From NCBI RefSeq assembly GCF_964355755.1, contig NC_092680.1, forward strand, positions 5,642,001-5,706,000: DNA of 64,000 nt, written 5' to 3'. The notes below the pieces were generated by a model. It worked only from the letters and a program-made list of their open reading frames with translations, did no database searches and was not told the origin of the DNA. The position numbers were made by a program, and so were the translations under genes. This document shows positions 1 through 10,229 of the stretch, one piece after another (the first letter of the stretch is position 1; each line of letters opens with the position of its first letter). This stretch comes from Antedon mediterranea. Lineage: Eukaryota; Animalia; Echinodermata.

Positions 1-200
1 ATCTATTAATCTTTCTCATTTCAGTACGTAATTATTACATTTCTAAAGTTACTGTGTTTACGTTCAGTTATTAACAGAAAACGGTTTTAAAATGGAAAGT
101 TTTAAAAAAAAAGTAAATATCTTGGACTGGTGTTATTGGTGGTTAAAACTTGAGGTATTTAGGCCATGCTAATGTTACTTTTTTTTCGTCTTATTTTTAG

Positions 201-2028
201 CCCTCCAAAATTATACCTAAACTATGTTGTAACAATGTGGAAGAATGCATTGACAAAAGAGTTAGAAGGTCAACCATTGACAGGATGGGGGATAATAGCA
301 TGTGAAATACTAAATGGACTCATAAATCAGAAGGTAAATATTGCTCCCTTTCCTCAAATTTAAGAAATTTTGGATAGGGTTTAATAAACTTTACAACAAT
401 ATTATACTTGTGCTGTGTGTTACAACTGACTTTAATCTTGAATTTTAGGCATTTTGTATTAAAGATACGTAATATCAAATAACATCCAATTCATCACTAA
501 TTCTTCCTATCATTATCGTTTTCTTCGTCTTATTTTTTGGCTAGAATGGAATAATGACTTGAGAAATGCATTATAAATTATTGTTTATAATAATAACTTT
601 AATAATAATAATGTACACATAAAAATATACATACATACATTTTCAGCAGAAAAAAAAAATACAATTATTAAATAATTATGTTTTATGTGCACATTTTAAA
701 TGTTTGTAACATAATATTCTTTTAAAATATTTTTTTCACTTTTTGTGAGTGTTTTTATTTCATTACAGGCTTCTATGTTTGATATGACTGAGTTAGCCCC
801 GGGTGTAATGACTCTAATACGGGCGGACATCGATAGGTTAACTTCTTCTGCGTGTAGAGTGATATCATCCATGTACGAACAGATAGACGCACTTGCGCCG
901 TGGACAGAAGAACTCGTTGACCTTTTTTTAGACAACGATGAGATGTGTACTAGTATAGGAAGTATGTGATCAGATTAACGCTGCATTCACACTCTTTCAC
1001 AAGCGGAAGGCGGCGCCATTTTGTTCAATATTGGAAAGTGATTTTAAGAAATAAACGGTGCCGTCTTCCGTCTCGTAAAATGGAACAAGTTTGAATATAG
1101 CGTTAATAATCTCGATGTACGCCTATTAGTATTTAATCATCAATGAATGATAATGAAAATAGTCCATGTTATTAAACTAAATTTGAATTTAATAGTCTTC
1201 ATTATGACGTCACATTACCTAATTATCATATCAGCTCAAAATTATACAATAAGTTGGAACCATTGCATACAGTACACTGCTATATTATACACAAAGAATT
1301 ATAACGTAAAACAACATTGTGTATCTTTCAAAAGAACTTATTACTTTTGAAAGTATTTTAAAGACACAACTTATTTAGTCTACAACTTATCAATGGAAAT
1401 AGGATTTTTTCTTCTTCGTTGTCAATAAACCATTACTTTTATTATTGCCATCGGTCCCTTAATTTGTAGGAACATCAACATATTAATTAATTAAATTTCA
1501 GTATATCACCAGGCGGTTTAGAATTACTATTCTTTGCCTAATTTGTTTATATATATATATATTATTTTTTTGCACTTTATTTGTAGTGTCATTAAAACCA
1601 CTGTATATTAAATGTCCTGAGAAGATTATGAGTAAAATGGATTTAATCTTTGAAAAGTTACCGGACCTGGATGCGAACAGGAAACGATACCTTTATCTTT
1701 TCTTTGACAATATTTCGAAAACTTCCACTAAGGTAAGGCAAGAACAAACTGATTCATGGTCCAAACTTTGTCTTTACTTTTGAAACATCTCTTCAGTTCA
1801 AATCAAACATGTTTTCAAACAATATGACAATAAGGATTTATTTAATCATTATTACTATTATCAGTATTTATTCCAGCAATGGTGAGCTGAGATTTTATAG
1901 GTCTAAAGAACTGCAATAACATAAATTACGGTAAAAGCAAAACAACCAAATTCTTGCACCTGACAATGTAATCTTCAATTTGAAAATATATCAGTTATAT
2001 GCAGATACACTGATGTGGTTTTTAAGAC

Positions 2029-2061
<33 letters not shown>

Positions 2062-5000
2062 AATAATATTAATAATTCAATTCCAATGTGATGACACACA
2101 CAACATATTTAAAATAATACGGAATTATTACTTTGTTTTCAAAAGTCTTCATTGTTTATTTTCAAAACCCATCCAGTATTCCAATGTGTCAGCCGATTTT
2201 CGGATCTGTATCTACAATTTGTCGAGTATCAAATATATACAATGTATCTTGTCTTTTACATGTGACGTCTATATCATAGGCCATATAAGGCCATATAATA
2301 AGCCTCAACTATACATTTATCTAAACTTCCGTGATGCAGACGCCACATATGAAACTGTATTATGAAATTTGAATAGATGATACTCGACAAAATAATGTCA
2401 TTGGGCAAATACATTACAACATTAGGCATATTGGTCTACAACAAAATAAGTGAGTGCATTATTTACAATCTAATATTTATGCTATAGTCTTGTTCTTTTT
2501 TACAGACATTTGTGCCACATATTGATACCTTAATTGAAGATATCAATGAGTCGGATATTCGACACAAAGTTCTTATGGTGCTGTGTGAAATTGCGGCGAA
2601 ATACCCAGAAAAATTTGTTAATCATATTGAAAGTCTTACTGGGCTATTAGATTCCGATTCAAACACAGTGTACTTCGTAGATAAGATAGTTGCCAGTGTT
2701 GGAACCGTTAATAAGGTACGTGGTGGAAATTCAAATGTAAACGAAAAGTGCCTTTTGATATTGAATTTGCAATTTGTTAAGTTTATTTTACTTTCCTTTT
2801 CCTAATTTTATAGGAATGGGCAATCAAAATCCTAAAGATTTTAATTGATCAGCTTCAGACAGTACAAACGTGCTACCATGTCTACGTTTTAATGGAGTTG
2901 AAAAGAATAGGACATATATTTCCTGAATGTTTAACAGAATATAGAAAAGAAATAGAGGCCATGAAGGGAAGTTCACAGACGGGGATAAAAGACATAGTGA
3001 TTCAACTCATTGATGTTATGGAAGGAAGAACGTAAGTAACTTGAGAAATGGAAAATCAAGCGCATGGAAAAGGGACTTTGGGGTGTAGAGGTTGGAAAAA
3101 AGCTTTATTCTTGGGAAGATACCCACACCCCAATTCGGTCCCTTCCTAAAATCCTGTGTCCGCACCGTTAAATGATGTCCTGGTGTTTTTTTCTCTATAC
3201 GATAGTTTGGAAGGTTTACACGAGAACATTGTAGACCAGCGAGAGGACATCGAGGTATTGGATACACGGGTGACAAACACAGAAAATAACGTTGCAGAAG
3301 TTACAGAGAAAGTTGAGGAACAAGGAAGGGAAATAACGGCTGTTAAAACAGACGTTGCAGAACAAGGACAGAAATTGGAAGAGTTAGAAGAAGTTGTAGA
3401 TGAAACTGTTTTAAAAGTCGACGACATAGATCATAAAGTAAGATTTATTCTTCATATTTAACATTTTAGATGGGACCTACGTGTTATGTGATTATAAGAA
3501 ATTAATAAATAAAAAAATTTAAAAAATGGATGAAAGATTGCAATATTGAAGTAAAATCCTCAACATGAAAAAATCGTCTGACAAATCTGCATTTTCTAGA
3601 CGATTACTAATGCACCAAAATGGTCACGTGATGTTTCAAAACTACTAAATCCAGAAGCTGACTACGATTGGAGATTTTTGGCGATACGTCTCGGCTACTC
3701 GGGGGAGGACATTCGAAACTGGGCGTTGTCACCCGACCCGACTATGGCAATTCTTGCCGAATGGTACACGACCCATAAAAGTAGTGATGCAACATATGCA
3801 ATACTGACGGCGTTAGAAGATATGGGACAAGCAGAGGCTGTAAAGATAGTTGAAGAATCTTTAGAACAAGCAGGTAATCAAGCACACATAAATAAAAATA
3901 CAATTTATTTTTAGTTTTTTTCTCAAGAACGAATAATGTATAATCATTACTGTATAATGAAAAGCAATCGTGTTCCTAATTCAGATTTTTATTGAAATTA
4001 TAGATGCAATGGTTCCAAAATTAGAACCCGGAATATCAGAGAAACCGCCAAAAGTATTCATTAGTTACCAATGGGATCATCAATCTGAGGTGAAGGCTAT
4101 AAGAGATCATCTTGAGATGGCAGGATTTGCTTGCTGGATGGACATTGGTCAGATGGGAGGTGGAGATAATTTATATGCAAAAATCAACGAAGGAATGAGA
4201 GCTGCTAAAGTTGTTCTATGTATGACAACTGACAAGTATTCAAAATCTGAAAACTGTAACAAAGAGGTAAAAAGAAATTTACTGATTAACTAGGCTATAT
4301 CTCTACGACGCTTTCAACAAATTATAGCATTATTTAAATTACTTTAAATACTAAATACTTTATTTTGTTTATCCTCATTACAGGTGAACTTGGCGAATCT
4401 GCTCAACAAGCCAATCATACCGATCCTTATTGAGCGTACAGTCTGGCCTCCGGAAGGACCAATGAGCATGCTTTTTGCTCAGCTTCTTTACATCCAATTT
4501 TTCACGGATAAGCATAACGTCAGAGGAGATAAATTTTGGGTTGATACCAAATTTTGCGAGTTATTGGCGCAAGTTAGTTATTATGCTGCTCCCGATCTTG
4601 ACAAAATTACTGACGGTAAGTGAAGATTCTATTTAAATATTGAATGTCCTACTGTAGCCTTTTCTTCCTTTGTGTATTTTATGTTTCAGAAGTATTCGAA
4701 ACGTATTATAACCACCTAATATCATTGATTGATTTACGAATCACGTTTTTCTTTTTTCAGAATACAAAAGTTGGGTACCAACTGTTGAAGCACCTGAGCA
4801 AGAAATAAAACAAGCTAAGAAAGATGATAAAGGCGGTGAAACCAAAGTGGTAGAATCTGAGCAGGTAATTTTCACTAATTATACAGGAGTATACAAAAGG
4901 TATTTAACGTAAGCTCACAAACATACAAATAGTAATATTAGAAATAATACGCCCTTGTAATCTATATATAAGGGCAAAATTCGGTAAATCACGCGTTATT

Positions 5001-6684
5001 TCTAGAATGTTTACTCGGTAGTATATAAAGTTCGTTCGTACTTTCGGTCCTGATTTTAACCACCTGAAGTAACCCTGTTTACTAATTAAATTGAGTTCGA
5101 TAATTAGTTATTGACAATTAAAACGAATTTAGGTTCAACAATTTGCCCCTAATAGTGGTGTTTTCCGTGGTATAAACTGTCTAATGGATGTCCATCTTGA
5201 AAAATACCCGCACACAATAATACGAGGATGCTTCGCATTTTCTTATCTCCTCCTACGATAATTGGTTTAATGGCTGAAAACCATTTGTTTACAAAACAAA
5301 AGTTTGTTTAAAATGAGTCCTTTCGGAAGTAATTTTCAGGGTGCTAATTTTAGTTGACTACATAAATCATCGTGTCTATTTATTCGTTTCTGTAAACGAC
5401 AATGTATTATACTAGTCCTGCGGTACGTACATTTGAAATCGCCAGTTTTTTTACGCTGAAATTACTGTGTATTCGAGAACGTCCATCTGGGCACGACCTA
5501 GATGGTACCCGAGCGAAGCGATCTAGTTATATTAATTACCCTTTATTGAGATGCATTGATTAATGTATTGCTCTACAAATGGGTTCATTTACAAAACGCT
5601 ATCAAGTCACTAACTTAATAAACGAATAGCTTTTCCTAATTTATTACCAGTTCTGTTCTTTACTTAGCAAGCGGAAATCGAACCAGAAGTCTTCATATCA
5701 TACCAATGGGATCATCAACCACAGATAAAGGTCTTGTACCAACGACTGACCAGTCTTGGTTACTCGTGTTGGTTGGATATCAAACAAATGGGCGGAGGAG
5801 ATCCACTGTATAGTAAAATCGACAAAGGTCTTCGCAAAGCTAAGGTAAGTCAATTCAACTCTATTATTTACATACTACTAACTATTGTAAATAAACAATA
5901 ATATAATAATGTACCTAACCTACCTAAATATTCGAATACTAGCTAAAGGACACAATTAAGTGCCACCGTACTTTTTTTCAATGTATGTACAATGTTAATA
6001 CTATATAAAAACGCGAAGATCGTACTATCAAGGTTAATTATTAGGTTTAATATTTTGTCTATATGATTTTTATAATAGGTTGTAATTTCCTGCGTTACAC
6101 CGAAGTATTCATTGTCCGCCAACTGCCGTCGTGAAGTCAGTCTATCAGATGCTCTCCGTCGACCAATCATTCCAATCCTTCTCCAGCAGATGGCGTGGCC
6201 ACCAGAAGGTCCAATGAGCATGACATTTACGCAACTTCTCTACATTGACTTCACCAAGGAGTCAAGTCAGGAAAGTTTTATCGACGAACAATTTGACGAA
6301 CTTATTATAAAAATTAATGAACATGCGCAGGCTGTAGAAGGTAAAACGTCTGCGAAACTATCTACACCTGATCAGCCGAAACCAACATCGGAAGATTCGA
6401 CACCTGAAGAACCAAAGTTCGAAGATCCGAATCACGAAGAATCAAAATGTGAAGATCCAAAACCTGAAGAACCAAAGTTCGAAGATCCGACACCCCAAGA
6501 ACAACAGTTCGAAGATCCGACACCCCAAGATCCAAAACCCGAAGATCCAAAACCCGAAGAACCAAAACCCGAAGAACCGAAACCCAAGGTACATGCTCCT
6601 AAAGAAATACCGCGGCAAACAACCCCTAATCCACCTGAACCAAATAAACAACACAACAAATCTAAGGCATGTTGCGTTTTATGA
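201..6684 (+). CDS. HEAT/ARM-like - coiled coil - Death - TIR - TIR - EDPKP repeat - CaaX protein, paralog 1 (5' part lies before the window)
   Basis: 12 exons with GT-AG boundaries and consistent phases: 201-333, 769-961, 1587-1732, 2506-2715, 2814-3031, 3206-3437, 3600-3873, 4004-4266, 4384-4615, 4761-4864, 5668-5844, 6079-6684. Death-like motif [19 protein letters not shown]...AILAEW. TIR box1 VFISYQW occurs twice, with WMDI/WLDI and NCNKEV/NCRREV. Ends KSKACCVL-stop. The first 11 exons match paralog 2 in length. Confidence 0.9.
976..1106. mobile_element. Small degenerate MITE-like inverted-repeat element
   Basis: ttaacgctgcattca...tgaatatagcgttaa ends, plus an inner gcggaaggcggcgcc / ggtgccgtcttccgt pair. 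Only the left half survives in paralog 2 (about 16305-16356), so it predates the duplication. Confidence 0.55.
4961..5526 (+). mobile_element. Non-autonomous Helitron (short derivative)
   Basis: Starts TC(TATATATA), ends CTAG, sits between A and T with no TSD. Absent from the matching paralog-2 intron (about 21430). Both ends match the element at 39527-36983. Confidence 0.85.
6386..6590 (+). repeat. Coding 15/30-bp tandem repeat ([10 protein letters not shown]) in paralog 1
   Basis: Repeated gaagatccgaaaccc/gaagaaccaaagttc-like units. Confidence 0.9.
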
Positions 6685-7491
6685 CTTTTCATCAAAACGT
6701 TCCGTGTTTTTGTATTATCATTTAATATTTCCTAGCTTTTAAAGCATCCCCTAAGTTCAATGCATTTTGTCCACGTTGTGTATAACACCAATTGGTGCAA
6801 CTCTAAGCTAAAAGTTTAGATTTCATTTGACTAAAGTATCTTAAACATTTGTTTAGGCATGGAGAAACTAATGGTGTATTCATGAATAAAAAAGAAACAA
6901 TGTAGGCCTACCTTCCTCTTCCATGTCTGGTGTACTAACATCGTCTTGCAGTAGGCATATATTTCCAATTGTCTATAGCATTAGGTGAAGGCCACGAACG
7001 ACACACACACGTAATAATGACTTAAAATTCCTCAACAAATTCTCTAGCTTGTAACTCAAAACGGATCTAGCAAAAATAAGCAATTACATTAATTAAAGAT
7101 GAAATGAATGAAGAGATATCTTGTAAGGTCTATTTCCAGGCCAGGCCAGGCCAGCCCAGCCGGAGTAGTAAATGGACCTCTCGACCGGCGACGAGGTTGT
7201 AACGTAACGTGACGTATTATGACGATAAGCCCACTGAATAGCACTTTCAATTTTCCGCATTTCTTTGTTACGTAATTTTTAAAGTAGAATCTCGGTGTGA
7301 CGTAATCAGTTAATTTGCCAGTTCACAGTTTCCAAAGCTATTATGTGCGTATCTTACACGTTAAATAAATAAATTGGCGTTTTCATGTTTGATATTTCAT
7401 AAAATGAAATCAAATCAAATCTATTTTAAAGCTAATTCTACATTATTAATGAAGTTTTTTTCTTCAGATTATACAAAAAATGTACAATATT

Positions 7492-7589
7492 TTAACTTAC
7501 CGGAAGAGGTCCAAGTTCAACGACCTGAGTATTATGTTTCCTTGGGTCATCCTTTAAAAAACAACAAAGAGCGCAAGTGATAGATGTGC
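7492..7589 (-). pseudogene. Orphan duplicate of one NEDD4 exon (51 bp, 7501-7551) with both splice sites and flanking intron
   Basis: ttaacttaccggaagaggtccaagttca...ttgggtcatcctttaaaaaa...aagtga-gatgtgc is near-identical to 35561-35658, with a few substitutions in the exon. Confidence 0.9.
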
Positions 7590-7662
7590 TTTTAGCTTAA
7601 TATCTGAAGATCCGAAATCCAAAGATAATAATCAGTGCAATACTAATTTTTATTTTATTTAA

Positions 7663-7745
7663 TTTTTAGTCTATAGCTCTATGTCGGTTGGTCGGTCGGT
7701 CGGTAAATCCTCAAATTTGCGCACGCCATGTATATGGCCGTGTTG
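7663..7745 (+). mobile_element. Short HINE/DINE-1-like (Helentron-associated) repeat
   Basis: ttttag start, (GGTC/GGTT)n core, ctcaaatttg-gcacgc, ends tatggccgtgtt. A second copy is at 51488-51620. Confidence 0.55.
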
Positions 7746-8636
7746 TGATTGAAATCAGTGTGTATTGTATTTTAGGTCTTAGAAGACTCCCTTGAAAATA
7801 TTACATGTTATTCTTTTATTATAAAGTTTGATTTTTCCCATCTGTTCTTCTACAGTATCTTGATTAAATTAAAGCTATGCTTACCTTACCTTTATCTCAA
7901 GATTTATTAGTCGATTTTTATAGAAGCTGTTTCATTATATTTTCTTTAATTAGAAGTAAAATAATTAATTACCGTTTCAAACTGAATCTAATTTAATGCA
8001 AATGTACAATAAAATAGTGTTTTTTAAAATTATAATTTACAAAAAGGTATTGAAAAATAATTATATATTATATATTATATAGTAGTTTAATTTATGTGAA
8101 GTAGTTGACTATACATGCTGCATGTTGTATTTTCTCTAATTATTTAGTTTATAACTATGGATTATGGTTATTATGAATTCATGAAATAAAAAATAAAATA
8201 AATTTTAAGTGTGTGAAATATAGTGTTTGTAATTTGATTCTTCAAATAATAATAATTATTATATTCAAATACACTTATTCTGCACGAGTGTGTTATAGCA
8301 ATTATATGGGCTTTATGGTTGAACTTGAAGGACGTACTGAGGTAAGGAAAAATAATTTTAAAAAAATTAATTATATATAATATATATATATATATATATA
8401 GAATTAATGTTCTTTGCCTGATTTGTTTATATATATTTGTATCTCCATTGAGCCAGCCACTGATACCCACAGCATTGTCATTTTTTCAGTTATTTGCCTT
8501 TGGAATTATATATATATATATATATTTATACAGTAGGCAAAGAACATTAATTCTAAACCGCCCGGTGATATACTGAAATTTAATTAATTAATTTGAAACG
8601 ATAAAGATGAGGAAATCTGTGAGAATGAGAAAAAGT

Positions 8637-8708
8637 CGCCCCAACCGAGACTCGAACTCGGACCGTCTGCTTGATATGCAGTTGCCCTAACCATTAGACC
8701 ACTGGGGC
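8637..8708 (-). tRNA. tRNA-like cloverleaf, anticodon ATC; probably a tRNA-derived repeat head or pseudo-tRNA
   Basis: GCCCCAG-TG-GTCTAATGGTTAGGGC-A-ACTGC-ATATCAA-GCAGA-CGGT-CCGAG-TTCGAGT-CTCGG-TTGGGGC-G, 72 nt. A and B boxes intact, followed by a T5 run. Non-canonical A32 and a 27:43 mismatch. Confidence 0.55.
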
Positions 8709-8998
8709 TTTCATGGTATTGTTCAAACTCGATTGGATAGCGACTCTTTAACATTCTCGGCGTGGTACGGCGGAACAGCACTAGTCCTCAGTTGTACACA
8801 CGCGCACCAGAGATCAAATTGATACGCCCTCATCTTACAGTATTTTTATTCACGAGGCGGGATCTCCGAAGAGATACTTTTATATATAAACACAGTAGGC
8901 AAAGAACATTAATTCTAAACCGCCCGGTGATATACTGAAATTTAATTAATTAATTTGAAACGATAAAGATGAGGAAATCTGTGAGAATGAAAAAAAGT

Positions 8999-9070
8999 CG
9001 TCCCAACCGAGACTCGAACTCGGACCGTCTGCTTGATATGCAGTTGCCCTAACCATTAGACCACTGGGGC
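8999..9070 (-). tRNA. Second tRNA-like cloverleaf (ATC) with one acceptor-stem mismatch
   Basis: Same sequence 362 bp away. 3' end is TTGGGAC-G, followed by a T7 run. Confidence 0.45.
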
Positions 9071-9367
9071 TTTCATGGTATTGTTCAAACTCGATTGGAT
9101 AGCGACTCCTTAACATTCTCGGCGTGGTACGGCGGAACAGCACTAGTCCTCAGTTGTACACACGCGCACCAGAGATCAAATTGATACGCCCTCATCTTTC
9201 AGTATTTTTATTCACGAGGCGGGATCTCCGAAGAGATACTTTTATATATAAACACAGTAGGCAAAGAACATTAATTCTTATTAATTTAAGTATTTATATA
9301 AACACATCGGGCAAAGAACATTAATTCTAAACCGCCCGGTGATATACTGAAATTTAATTAATTAATT

Positions 9368-9420
<53 letters not shown>

Positions 9421-10229
9421 CCAGTAAATAAAATAATAAGATGACACTGAGAGCGATTTCTATCTATTATAATAATCTACCTTACATCCTCACCATGGCA
9501 ATATTATTATTTGTAGCGTAATCAATAGGTGTATTTTAGGCCTATTGTTGATGATGCGGGTCAGTGATTCATAGCTAGCAGGATGTGCGCATTGAGTCTT
9601 TCAGTAAGGTGGTATAACCATGGACAATATTTAGCAGAAACAAGCAGTATGTGTAAGGTTGATACTGTGCTATAGCTAAGGTAAATATGATAATTAGCGC
9701 TTTTAAGAACGTGAGATAGGCTATTCTAGTAATACTGAACAAGCAATTAATTATCTGGGTACCAGTTCTGATTTCATGTCATACAATATGCATATCAGGC
9801 ATGCCTGTGGATGTTGTCGGAAAAAGACTAAGTTTTTTTTTACAGATTATTACTATAGAGTATGAATACTGTAATTGAAGGATTTTTTTAACACATTGAA
9901 GCCTAAAACTCAAGTGATAATAATCCATGCTTTTTTTTAATATAACTAATATTGAAGTAACTAAAGATACGAAATACTGTATTAGTAATACTTTCATACA
10001 ATAGGACTACAAAGCATAATAAGGGAAGCACCTCTTTACCGACCGACAACTAAGCCCTTGCGTAGATTATAACTCGAGTGTGCCTTATGCATTGTTTCCG
10101 ATACGATGGGATATTATTATGTGTTTAGGAATGTTGAAATGTTGGGTTACTTATGACAAAAATAAAGTCATTGCAGTTACTATAAAAGAAGTGAACCGCG
10201 TTATTTTAAAATTTTTAGCGAAAATAACC

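Larger units (their letters stand above)
8376..9419. repeat. (TA)n-flanked element with 362-bp tandem units and an inverted copy of the unit end
   Basis: 8529-8890 is repeated at 8891-9252, with partial units to about 9368. 8401-8446 is the reverse complement of the unit's gagatac...aggcaaagaacattaattc segment. TA tracts lie at about 8376-8400, 8507-8525 and 9370-9419. Confidence 0.85.

Noticed and set aside
201-216. PPKLY as a NEDD4-binding PY motif
   Set aside because: Spacing is PPxxY, not PPxY.
4004-6330. Calling the gene MyD88, SARM1 or a TLR, or a horizontally acquired bacterial TIR
   Set aside because: No SAM, LRR or TM regions are evident, there are two TIRs plus a CaaX box, and the gene has many spliceosomal introns. 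No symbol assigned.
8584-9324. Duplicated 65-aa ORFs (MLFRRTTPRM...)
   Set aside because: They run through the tRNA-like repeat unit, start at GTG, and show no splice or coding signature.
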